Positions 30,830 through 39,786 of a stretch of DNA of 62,025 bases are shown here, piece after piece. The position numbers were made by a program, and so were the translations under genes. Positions within the stretch are counted from its first letter, which is position 1. Each line of letters begins with the position of its first letter. Under the pieces are notes generated by a model. That model did not search any database. It was not told the DNA's origin and was given only the letters and a program-made list of their open reading frames with translations. This DNA comes from a virus (lineage: Duplodnaviria > Caudoviricetes), in the IMG/VR virus record IMGVR_UViG_3300009181_000080, positions 1-62,025 of that record. The stretch is one strand, 5' to 3'.

Positions 30830-32467
30830 ATGAGCTATATAATTAATAAATCCGACGGTAGTACTTTAGTAACCCCAACAATGCCCTCTGGAGTATTATT
30901 AGATGGTACAGCAGATACCAGCACCGGATTGACATTAATCGGACGTAATTATACTGGATTTGGTGAAGTACAAAATGAAAATTTCGTTAAATTATTGGAA
31001 AACTTTTCAGCTGACACCCCACCGACTACCAGTGTAAATGCCGCCTTACCGTTGATCGGAACATTATGGTGGGATAGCGGAAATAATCTTTTAAAAGCCT
31101 ATGACGGTTATACCTTTATACAAGTAAATGGTCGCCTTGTGGCCAATACGGCTCCAATCGCAAAGAACATCGGTGACGAGTGGTGGGACACTATAAATGC
31201 ACAAATAAAAATATGGAATGGAACCAGTTGGTTTGTAATAGGACCATCAACCACCGCGGCACAGGGTAGAAGTGGCACTATCGTTGAGAGTATCATAGAT
31301 ACGTCGTCGGTACCGCAACTGGTGGTAAGTCATTATTCCAACGGTAATTTAATATCGATTTCCAGTAACGTTTCGTTTACCCCAAACGTGGCTATCACTG
31401 GATTTAGTACTATTAATAAAGGTGTTAATATACCTAGTAATAGTAAATTTAGTGGAACAGCGACTAATAGTGAAACAGTCGGGGATTTATCGCCTACTGT
31501 GTTTGCACGGCAAGACAGAAATCAAACGTTTGCTGGCGATGTTGGTGTAACTGGTAATTTAGCATTTAGTAATGCTAATATCAGTGTTGCAAATAGTTCT
31601 CTAGTTGCACAAAACAAAAACTTATCCGGCAATATTGAAATATACTCTAATTTACCAACTGTTGGTAATACTAAAACATTTACGATTGTCGGATCAAGTG
31701 GATTGGGATATGTATATGGAGATCCGATCTCAGCAAAAGGTATTTCAACAAAAGGGTATGTTGATACGACTCTGGCCGCCGCCATCGCAACAATCGGAGC
31801 AACATCATCGGCACAAACAGCCCTTGTTACACAATTACGATTAGATACTTTTTCTAATATAGCAAATGTTATAGTTTTAACAAATGCCAATTTAGTATCG
31901 GTGCGTACCGGTATTAATTCTAATGTTGCAAATTTATCCACGAACTTAACAACGATTAGTGCAAGTCTAACAGCAAATATGGCCAGCGTGATACAGCAAG
32001 TTGGCTACGTAAATACCGCCTTGACGTTGTTGGCACCAGTCACAGATCCAACTTTTATCGGAACTGTACAAGTCCCGCTTGCAAACCCATCTTCAAATAA
32101 TTCTATAGCCGCATCAACACAATATGTAGATACTCGTGCATTTATAATGCAAAGAGATTATACTACACAAATTACTAATCTAACAAATTCTACAGCAACA
32201 AATTTATATAATGCCACGGTAATAAAAGCTAATATTATTGCGCCAGCATTCCAAATCTCAGGAAACACATATCCAACATCAGTCACGCCACCAGCCGGCG
32301 ACAATAGCAGTAAAATAGCAACCACTGCCTTTATAAGCTCAGCTATCACCTCAAATAAATTTAACTATACTGTGGCAAATGGTACGCCGGGACAAACATC
32401 AAGCATAATTTTTAGTACAAATAATAACGCCTCTAACGATGGTGACTTTTGGTTTACAATAGGATAA
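30830..32467 (+). CDS. Tail fibre protein
   Basis: N-terminal domain (G..Y.G.G...NENF..LLENF, GxLWW) shared with 34783 and 36719; TKGYVD, IATTAF, C-terminal GDFWF. Confidence 0.75.
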   Translation: MSYIINKSDGSTLVTPTMPSGVLLDGTADTSTGLTLIGRNYTGFGEVQNENFVKLLENFSADTPPTTSVNAALPLIGTLWWDSGNNLLKAYDGYTFIQVNGRLVANTAPIAKNIGDEWWDTINAQIKIWNGTSWFVIGPSTTAAQGRSGTIVESIIDTSSVPQLVVSHYSNGNLISISSNVSFTPNVAITGFSTINKGVNIPSNSKFSGTATNSETVGDLSPTVFARQDRNQTFAGDVGVTGNLAFSNANISVANSSLVAQNKNLSGNIEIYSNLPTVGNTKTFTIVGSSGLGYVYGDPISAKGISTKGYVDTTLAAAIATIGATSSAQTALVTQLRLDTFSNIANVIVLTNANLVSVRTGINSNVANLSTNLTTISASLTANMASVIQQVGYVNTALTLLAPVTDPTFIGTVQVPLANPSSNNSIAASTQYVDTRAFIMQRDYTTQITNLTNSTATNLYNATVIKANIIAPAFQISGNTYPTSVTPPAGDNSSKIATTAFISSAITSNKFNYTVANGTPGQTSSIIFSTNNNASNDGDFWFTIG

Positions 32468-32470
32468 ATT

Positions 32471-33559
32471 ATGTCAACTGATGAACGTGGCATATTCTTT
32501 AAAAGAAACGGCGTATGGCAACAGGTAATTGATCCAAAATTTAATAGAGGTTTAATTTGGAGAGATCTTAAATCCGGATATGTCAAGGTCAATGGAGCGT
32601 GGCAGCAATTTTATCCAAGTGCCGGAGTCCATGTAGTAATATGCCCCGGAGAATCTGAATTTCAAGTACCCCCTGGAATAAATCAAGTCACTGTTAATGT
32701 AACCGGCGGAGGCGGAGGCGGTGGTGGCGGCACAGCGGTTGGAGATCCGCCTAGTGCCGGCGGTGGAGGCGGATCGGCTGGTGGAGTTTTAGGTCAAGTA
32801 ATTGATGTAGTACCAAATACAACGCTTCGTTTAATAGTTGGCGCCGGCGGCGCAGGTGCAGCTGATATAGGTGAAACGTCAGACGCTCCCGACGGCGCCG
32901 ATGGCGGCGACAGTCGTATAACAGGATATTACAAGAAAGATAATGTAACTATTCCTGTTTATGTCACAAAGGTTGAAGGCAAAGGCGGTAAAGGCGGCGT
33001 AGGTGGATTTAGTGTAAAACATGTAACCGGCCCCAGCGGCGGAGGTGGTGGTAAGATTATTTGCACTAAATTATTTGAGCTTGGTTTGATGAGCGAAGAG
33101 ATATATTTAGCGGACCAAGCATTTGGATCAGAACTAGTTAAATCTCGACCAGACATCTATAATGGATACCGTGCCTGGGCAGAGATAGTAGTAGATTGGA
33201 TGGACGGACACGGTCCTAAGATGATGCCTTGGATGACCGACGAACAATTTAGTATAGCGGCAATGAATTGGTCCAGACACTGGGCCGTGGATATTGCAAC
33301 TCCGTGGGCAGAAGAAATGGCCCGAGAAATGGGAATTAAAGATGTTGGTAGTTTAACTGGTAAGATGATTATGGCTGCAGGAATACCAGTATGTAAATTT
33401 GTGGGTGTGTGGCAACGAAAATTTGGACCCAGTAAAAAACCAACTGGATTTGTTAAAGGTGCGATGCTTATAGCAATATTTGTTATGTTTAAACTTGTTG
33501 CTGAATTTGGCAGATTAATTGAACCGGGAGTAAAAATGTATCACGGGAGACACATATAA
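32471..33559 (+). CDS. Glycine-rich tail protein with C-terminal GG-KIICT (CFI-box-like) module
   Basis: YVKVNGAW, FQVPPGI...GGGGGGGG...IVGAGG; GGGGGKIICT...GYRAWA; hydrophobic C-terminus. Confidence 0.65.
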   Translation: MSTDERGIFFKRNGVWQQVIDPKFNRGLIWRDLKSGYVKVNGAWQQFYPSAGVHVVICPGESEFQVPPGINQVTVNVTGGGGGGGGGTAVGDPPSAGGGGGSAGGVLGQVIDVVPNTTLRLIVGAGGAGAADIGETSDAPDGADGGDSRITGYYKKDNVTIPVYVTKVEGKGGKGGVGGFSVKHVTGPSGGGGGKIICTKLFELGLMSEEIYLADQAFGSELVKSRPDIYNGYRAWAEIVVDWMDGHGPKMMPWMTDEQFSIAAMNWSRHWAVDIATPWAEEMAREMGIKDVGSLTGKMIMAAGIPVCKFVGVWQRKFGPSKKPTGFVKGAMLIAIFVMFKLVAEFGRLIEPGVKMYHGRHI

Positions 33560-33981
33560 TGGGAATATCACTTCAAGAGTATCTAAGAAATAGAGAAGCA
33601 TGTAGTATCTGCTTAGAAGATGGTCATGCAGAACACTGTATCACCACTTTACTGAGCAGATTAGATACTTGCTTAATCTATAATGCTATAGAACATAATA
33701 ATGATCCATGGGACAACGCCGATGGTTTGTTACTACGCAGACTTCGTGTAACAATGAGCGAAGAACAAGTAGTTGATTATTATATACGATCCGAAGCATT
33801 AGTCAGAAAAATTAAAGATATACACGGAAATAGCGTACCTTATTGGACAGCATTTTATAAAAAATATGTCTATGATATTGTTGTTGCATTACGAGGCAAC
33901 GATATATTAACAGCGGTTAATAAAATATACACTATGTTAATTAAGCTAGAAAATACAGAAATAGTTATAGAAGTATTATAA
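33559..33981 (+). CDS. Hypothetical protein, stand-alone CFI-box-like domain
   Basis: CLI..A...L.LRRLR...VVDYY...LVRKI pattern; translationally coupled to the upstream gene. Confidence 0.5.
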   Translation: MGISLQEYLRNREACSICLEDGHAEHCITTLLSRLDTCLIYNAIEHNNDPWDNADGLLLRRLRVTMSEEQVVDYYIRSEALVRKIKDIHGNSVPYWTAFYKKYVYDIVVALRGNDILTAVNKIYTMLIKLENTEIVIEVL

Positions 33982-33990
33982 GGAATAATT

Positions 33991-34737
33991 ATGGCTACAG
34001 GAGATGGCGGAGTAGGTGGATTACCGGGTGGATTGCCCGGCGGGTCAACTACTACTGATATTGGCGGCGCCGGCGGCGACTCCCCATTTGGATACGGAGG
34101 AACTACGTCCCTTACAGAACCCAATGGTACCGATGGACAGGGATCCGGCGCAGGTGGGGCTGGCGGGAGCGCACCTGCTGCCCCGGCGTTAAACCGCTCC
34201 ACCGGTGGTAGTGGATCCGATGGAGCGATCGAAATAGCCTGGGGGTATCCGACTATACCCTCAATGATAGCATACCCAGAAAGTACAGCACCCGGACATA
34301 CAAGCACAATTGCCGGCGGTGGACTGGTAATAATTACAGATCCCGGCGGTGGCGGAGACGGTGGATGTTGTGTTATTTCATCTGCACTAGCAGAAAAACA
34401 AATATGGTCCAACCGTGATAAATTTGAGCTGATTGATTGGTGTGAAAAATATCTACATAACACCTGGTGGGGAGAAACTTTTAGACGTGGTTATCAAGTT
34501 TTAGGCTCTAAGATCGTCGTCCCAAATATGAAACGTAATGATTCTTTGTGGTCAAAATACATTACTTGGGCATTTAATAATGGTACTAAATTAGTCCGAG
34601 GCAAGAATTTTGAATTGATTTCTCTTCCAAGCAGTATTATCTGGATTTCCGCATTTATGATTGTTGGGGCTATAGTTACTAAAACTTATGCAACAAAATG
34701 TTGGGTTAATTTATATAAAAGAAAAGCGGGCAAATAA
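33991..34737 (+). CDS. Glycine-rich tail protein with C-terminal GG-CCVIS (CFI-box-like) module
   Basis: GGAGGDSPFG...GAGGAGG...GSDGAIEIAW; GGGGDGGCCVISSAL...RRGY; hydrophobic C-terminus; AAGGA RBS. Confidence 0.65.
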   Translation: MATGDGGVGGLPGGLPGGSTTTDIGGAGGDSPFGYGGTTSLTEPNGTDGQGSGAGGAGGSAPAAPALNRSTGGSGSDGAIEIAWGYPTIPSMIAYPESTAPGHTSTIAGGGLVIITDPGGGGDGGCCVISSALAEKQIWSNRDKFELIDWCEKYLHNTWWGETFRRGYQVLGSKIVVPNMKRNDSLWSKYITWAFNNGTKLVRGKNFELISLPSSIIWISAFMIVGAIVTKTYATKCWVNLYKRKAGK

Positions 34738-34782
34738 CAAATGAACAGTTTTAGCTAAGTATACTATAAAGAGAAGAAAAAT

Positions 34783-36705
34783 ATGCCGTATACCGTTATA
34801 AAATCAGATGGATCACTATTACCTACTATTAATGATGGTCTAGTAGACATAACCAGCACAAGTCTAAGCCTGCCGGGCCCACAATTTGTGGGGTATGGTA
34901 ATTATCTCAATCAAAATTTAGTTTATTTGTTGGAGAATTTTGCATCAGCAGGTCGTGCTCCAAATAATAGTACAGTGGGACAATTATGGTACAACAAAAC
35001 TAGCCAAACGTTACAGGTATATACAGGTAGCACTTTAGGATATCTACCAGTGGCAGGTGTCACTAATTCCGGTACGGCACCGGGATCATCTAAAACTGGA
35101 GATATTTGGTTTAATACCACAACAGATCAAACTTTTTTATATGACAATGGTACATTCAAACTGGTGGGGCCTCAATATACAAAACAGCAAGGGGCCACTG
35201 GCGCAGTTGGTGTTACATTAAACGACGGAGTAACGCTTGGGCAAACACACGATGTAATACAAATACGGTTTGGCGATGTAATTTTAGCGATACTTAATAA
35301 AGATGCCTCCTTCCAACCAACGCCAGCGATCGCAGGATTTTCGACGATTAATTCAGGGCTAACATTAAACAGCACCATAGTCAATAGATCAATGAACACT
35401 GGTATCACTGGGAATGTGTCCGGGAACTTAACTGGTGATGTAGTGGGAAACACAGCAGGTATACACACCGGCAATGTAATTGGTAGTGTAACCGGCAATG
35501 TTGTGGCAACTATAGTAACAACTGATACACTAACTGGAAATTTAACTGGCAATGTTGTGGCAACCACCACGTCGTCAACAAACCTCAGTTCAAGTAATGC
35601 TCAGCTAACCGGCGGCAGTATGACTGGTGCTAGCAATGGATCATTTACTACCTTGCAGGGAACAAATTTTAGTACGGGCAACGCCCAAATTACCGGCGGC
35701 ACAGTCGTGGGTATAACAAATTTATCCTCTACAACATTGGAAGCCACTAATTTTAGTTCAGGCAACGCCGTTATAACAGGTGGCAGTGCCACTGGATTAG
35801 CAAGTATCGGGACCACAGCGTTGACAGTAACTAGATCAACTGCCACCACAGCCGTAGTGACCAATTTTAGTTCGGGAAATGCCCAAATTACTAGCGGTAA
35901 TATCACAGGCTTAATAAACCTAACATCTACAAACGGTACTTTTACGAATTTAAGCGTGGCTAATTTGGCTATATCAAGTGGTACCACTATTAATACGTTG
36001 GGAAGTTTCATTGATTTAATTGGAACAAACCTTACATCTGGTAATGTCTTGATAAGTGGCGGAGCAGTTAATAATGTCACGATGAGCAACCTCACTGCAA
36101 GCTCGGTATCATTATCATCCGCAACGGCCACCACACAAGCGGTAACTACTAATAACACTACTTTAGCAACTACAGCATTTGTGCATTCTGTATTACCCGC
36201 GAGGGCAATCGTTATGTGGGGTGGAATAGTAGCGGATATTCCAACCAATTGGCAATTATGCAATGGACAAAACGGAACCCCGGATCTGCGCGATAGATTT
36301 GTAGTTGGTGCCGGTAACCAATATACTCCTAGACAGATTGGCGGCAACGCAAGTATAACCCTCACGGAAACGCAAATACCGGCACACGTTCATACATTTA
36401 CGATCGCCGGCAATACCGCCGCAGCCGGTGCCCATAACCATATATTACACGACCCGGGTCACGTACATACCACTGGACAAATCATTGATACGTCAATAGC
36501 CGGGATATACACACAGCAAACCGGTGGCACCACCGGAGTTTCATACAGAACAGGAAATGTCATAGCTGGAGTAACAATGGATAGCGTAAGTAACCATATA
36601 CACAGTGTAACTTTAAATGATGTGTCAAACACAACGGGTGGCGATCAACCTCACGAAAATCGCCCACCATATTATGCACTATGTTACATACAGAAGATGA
36701 CTTAA
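34783..36705 (+). CDS. Tail fibre protein with tail-collar domain and HxH tip
   Basis: Shared N-terminal domain; TNFSSGNAQITGG repeats; IVMWGG...WQLCNGQNGTPDLRDRFVVGAG; HVH/HNH/HIH; PHENRPPYYAL. Confidence 0.85.
   Translation: MPYTVIKSDGSLLPTINDGLVDITSTSLSLPGPQFVGYGNYLNQNLVYLLENFASAGRAPNNSTVGQLWYNKTSQTLQVYTGSTLGYLPVAGVTNSGTAPGSSKTGDIWFNTTTDQTFLYDNGTFKLVGPQYTKQQGATGAVGVTLNDGVTLGQTHDVIQIRFGDVILAILNKDASFQPTPAIAGFSTINSGLTLNSTIVNRSMNTGITGNVSGNLTGDVVGNTAGIHTGNVIGSVTGNVVATIVTTDTLTGNLTGNVVATTTSSTNLSSSNAQLTGGSMTGASNGSFTTLQGTNFSTGNAQITGGTVVGITNLSSTTLEATNFSSGNAVITGGSATGLASIGTTALTVTRSTATTAVVTNFSSGNAQITSGNITGLINLTSTNGTFTNLSVANLAISSGTTINTLGSFIDLIGTNLTSGNVLISGGAVNNVTMSNLTASSVSLSSATATTQAVTTNNTTLATTAFVHSVLPARAIVMWGGIVADIPTNWQLCNGQNGTPDLRDRFVVGAGNQYTPRQIGGNASITLTETQIPAHVHTFTIAGNTAAAGAHNHILHDPGHVHTTGQIIDTSIAGIYTQQTGGTTGVSYRTGNVIAGVTMDSVSNHIHSVTLNDVSNTTGGDQPHENRPPYYALCYIQKMT
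35578..36062 (+). repeat. Degenerate coding repeats TN(F/L)S(S/T)GNA.I(T/S)GG
   Basis: About five copies visible in the 640 aa fibre. Confidence 0.75.
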
Positions 36706-36712
36706 ATAAATA
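36705..36712 (+). promoter_or_regulatory. Late promoter AATAAATA
   Basis: Exact motif 6 nt before the ATG at 36719. Confidence 0.7.
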
Positions 36713-36718
36713 TAAAAT

Positions 36719-38776
36719 ATGGCTTACTCAATACAACTATCCAACGGAACAACACTAGTACCAGGCGGTTTATCTGATGGTACGGTTGATACTACACATT
36801 CTAGCTTAATACTGGTCGGAGCAAATTATGCTGGGTACGGACAATTTATTAATGAAAATTTTATTAGGTTATTAGAAAATTTTTCATTTTCGTCGAGTCC
36901 CGCAAACCCACTTAGAGGGCAATTATGGTGGGATACTGTAAACAATATATTAAAAGTATATTCTGGTACGAGCTGGAAGATTTCAACAGGAGCCACAGCC
37001 GCCCCTTTTGTAAGTCCGCCCGGCGACTTAAGTACAACAGGTGGTGATCTTTGGTTTGATAGTACTAATTCGCAACTTAAAGTATATACCGGAAATAACT
37101 GGGTCACAGTTGGGCCAACAGCAACCCCTGCAACAGGCGATACTGGAGCATTTCCGGCTTTAATGGCAGACAGTTCATCAAGTGAACAAAACGCAAGCCA
37201 CATCGTTATACAATTCAGATTTAGTGGTAAAATTTATGCGATACTCGCAAAAGAAACATTTGCATGTAATTTGGCAGGTTTTAGTACAATTAAGGCAGGT
37301 TTAAATTTTAGTACAATCGAAGCTCCGCGGTGGGTATTAAATACCCAAGATGTTGAGGCAAATCCAAGTACCTTAGTCCAGCGCGACACTGGCGGCGGCA
37401 TAAAAGCAGTAACCGTTAATGCCACAACAATAGTCGCTTCAAGTTCGGTAAGTGCTCCTTCTTTTATCGGACCGGTGCAAGGCGATGTAACTGGCAACGT
37501 ATCGGCAACAAATATGTCAGTATCCGGTACTATCAATGCCGGGGAAGTAAAGGTTGGTAGCACAACGGTAGGTACATCTGGTTTTAGCGGTACTATATTA
37601 TCTGCATCACAACCAAACATTACCACCATTGGTACACTAACGTCGTTAAACGTAACTGGTGCGACACAAGTTGCGGCAATCACCTCTAGTGGCACGGTGA
37701 TAGCGTCGACCGTTAATGCCGGTACTATTGGTAACACAAGTACCACACTAACTGGAACATTAAGCACAGCGGCACAACCAAACATTACATCTATTGGTAC
37801 ACTGACCAATTTAACTGTTACCAACCCTATTGTTGGAACATTAAGCACAGCGGCACAAACTAATATCACATCAATTGGTACACTAACAGATTTAATAGTT
37901 AGCGGAACAATAAGCGGCACATTAAGTACAGCGGCACAACCAAATATCACATCGGCCACTGGATTAATTACAGTTGGGGCTATCACCACAGGTGAATGGC
38001 GATCTACGCCAATTGCCCCGGGATTCGGCGGAACCGGTATCAATAATGGGTCAAATACATTAATACTACAAGGTGGTTCCTATACACTAAATCAAACGGT
38101 AACAGCCAATGCATCTCCGACATTTTTTGGAACTAACTTTAGCCAAATTCCAACAACGGCATTAATTAACCGTGACGTCACAGTTACAGCTGGTACTGGC
38201 ATGAGTGGTGGGGGCTCGATGAACTTAGGCGGTTCTGTTACATTGACCAACGCAGGTGTAACAAGTGTAGTATCGGGCACAGGTGTTGGGGTAAGTGGAG
38301 CGACCGGTAACGTTACGGTCAGTATTGGACAAGCGGTTGCTACTTCAAGTAGTCCAACATTTGCCGCGATGACATTAACTGGCGGATTAACTGCAGGCGG
38401 CAACATCGGTGTAACAGGTACATTAACAGTAACCGGAGCGATCCGTGCCACGGACAATGTTACAGCATATTACTCAGATGATAGATTAAAAAATCGTTTG
38501 GGAACGATTGAAAATGCCCTTGATAAGGTGGATCAGCTAACAGGATTCTACTACGAAGCAAATCAAACAGCACAAGATTTAGGATACACAGTCAAACGAG
38601 AAGTTGGTATATCGGCGCAGGACGTACAAAAAGTATTACCAGAAATTGTGACTGCCGCACCGATTGACGACAAGTATTTAACCGTGTATTATGATAGACT
38701 AGCACCCTTATTAATTGAAGCGATCAAAGAGTTAAGGGCGGAAGTAAATGACATCAAGCGTAAGCTGGGGTCATAA
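36719..38776 (+). CDS. Tail fibre protein with C-terminal peptidase S74 chaperone
   Basis: Shared N-terminal domain; YYSDDRLK...GISAQDVQKVLPEIV...LLIEAIKEL. Confidence 0.88.
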   Translation: MAYSIQLSNGTTLVPGGLSDGTVDTTHSSLILVGANYAGYGQFINENFIRLLENFSFSSSPANPLRGQLWWDTVNNILKVYSGTSWKISTGATAAPFVSPPGDLSTTGGDLWFDSTNSQLKVYTGNNWVTVGPTATPATGDTGAFPALMADSSSSEQNASHIVIQFRFSGKIYAILAKETFACNLAGFSTIKAGLNFSTIEAPRWVLNTQDVEANPSTLVQRDTGGGIKAVTVNATTIVASSSVSAPSFIGPVQGDVTGNVSATNMSVSGTINAGEVKVGSTTVGTSGFSGTILSASQPNITTIGTLTSLNVTGATQVAAITSSGTVIASTVNAGTIGNTSTTLTGTLSTAAQPNITSIGTLTNLTVTNPIVGTLSTAAQTNITSIGTLTDLIVSGTISGTLSTAAQPNITSATGLITVGAITTGEWRSTPIAPGFGGTGINNGSNTLILQGGSYTLNQTVTANASPTFFGTNFSQIPTTALINRDVTVTAGTGMSGGGSMNLGGSVTLTNAGVTSVVSGTGVGVSGATGNVTVSIGQAVATSSSPTFAAMTLTGGLTAGGNIGVTGTLTVTGAIRATDNVTAYYSDDRLKNRLGTIENALDKVDQLTGFYYEANQTAQDLGYTVKREVGISAQDVQKVLPEIVTAAPIDDKYLTVYYDRLAPLLIEAIKELRAEVNDIKRKLGS
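37590..37955 (+). repeat. Coding repeats GTLSTAAQPNITSIGTLT
   Basis: Four copies; ggaacattaagcacagcggcacaa is identical at ~37754 and ~37835. Confidence 0.85.
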
Positions 38777-38808
38777 GTATTGCAATAACTTATTAGGATA
38801 TACATACT

Positions 38809-39786
38809 ATGGCATATGCCGCCACCGGTTTAATTGAAGCCACAGACTATAACAACTTTTTAAACGGATCAAACCAACTCAATGCGGTTTGGAGCACCGG
38901 GACAGGAAATGCCGGGTATGGCCAAACCGCATTGAGCACAGTATCTGCCGCTGGCACAGTGACTGCCGCGCAGTGGGCTTCATTGATCAATACGCTAAAC
39001 AGTACGCTAACCCATCAATCTGGATCTGGATCTGGCATTAGCGCAACCACAGTTGGCACCACGATCAACTATCTATCAACACTTGGTACTAATATCAATA
39101 CATCATATACTAACAGATTAAACAAAGCAACAAACGGAACTACATTAACTGGGACTGTATATAGCCCTGGGTTCTCACAAGCCAACTCAACCAGCGCATA
39201 CCAAGGTACATTTACTAGGACGATCGCATTTGCATCCGGCAACGCCGCAAGGTATTTCTTTAATGCCGGCGGCTATATTAATTTTATCACAACCTCTGCG
39301 GTTAATAATGATGCCACAAGTCGCTCAGCGGATATGGTCACGCTAATTGGTACAAATCTAGGAAATTTTACAGGATTTGGCGCAGCGGGAAATAGTGGTC
39401 GATCGGGCACCGGTGGCACACTAACTAGTAACGTGACTGGTACAGGTTATTATGGCTTAACTGCATCTGAGGTCAGCTTATCGTATATCAACGCAACAAG
39501 TGTTACATATTCGGGAGATTGGGTCGCATTGAACTATTGGACTAGTGCCCAAAACGCCAGTGGCAATGGAGACAAAGGTAGCACGATATATATTAAAGGA
39601 TACTTCAACTCTGGGGCACAGTCTACATATGCGGCACCACCATCCAATGTTGTGGGTACTGGCACAAGGACTGTCAATACTACAACAGAAGATAGTGTTA
39701 ACGTGACATGGAATCATAGGATTGATGTAGTGTATCCTGAATCTACAAATTTAACTAATACGTGGGGAACGGTTACAATAACATGA
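38809..39786 (+). CDS. Virion structural protein, paralogue 1
   Basis: GLIEATDYN, GYGQT, VTAAQW, ARYFFNAGG; preceded by an ATAAGTA late-promoter variant at 38773-38779. Confidence 0.7.
   Translation: MAYAATGLIEATDYNNFLNGSNQLNAVWSTGTGNAGYGQTALSTVSAAGTVTAAQWASLINTLNSTLTHQSGSGSGISATTVGTTINYLSTLGTNINTSYTNRLNKATNGTTLTGTVYSPGFSQANSTSAYQGTFTRTIAFASGNAARYFFNAGGYINFITTSAVNNDATSRSADMVTLIGTNLGNFTGFGAAGNSGRSGTGGTLTSNVTGTGYYGLTASEVSLSYINATSVTYSGDWVALNYWTSAQNASGNGDKGSTIYIKGYFNSGAQSTYAAPPSNVVGTGTRTVNTTTEDSVNVTWNHRIDVVYPESTNLTNTWGTVTIT
39658..39708 (+). repeat. 51 bp exact direct repeat, copy 1
   Basis: actggcacaaggactgtcaatactacaacagaagatagtgttaacgtgaca, identical to 40695-40745. Confidence 0.95.

Noticed and set aside
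33512-33521. Match (agattaattg) to one N10 core of the candidate RNA
   Set aside because: An AT-rich 10-mer is expected by chance in 62 kb, and the second core does not match nearby.
33040-34400. Canonical inteins or Hint domains after the Gly linkers
   Set aside because: No CF/CL...TxxH block B or terminal HN; the modules look helical.
29323-38457. Long antisense ORFs (e.g. 35601-36365, 37234-38043, 33870-34463)
   Set aside because: Shadows of Gly/Thr/Ser-rich sense genes, with no motifs or RBS. The other short nested ORFs in the track were rejected for the same reason.
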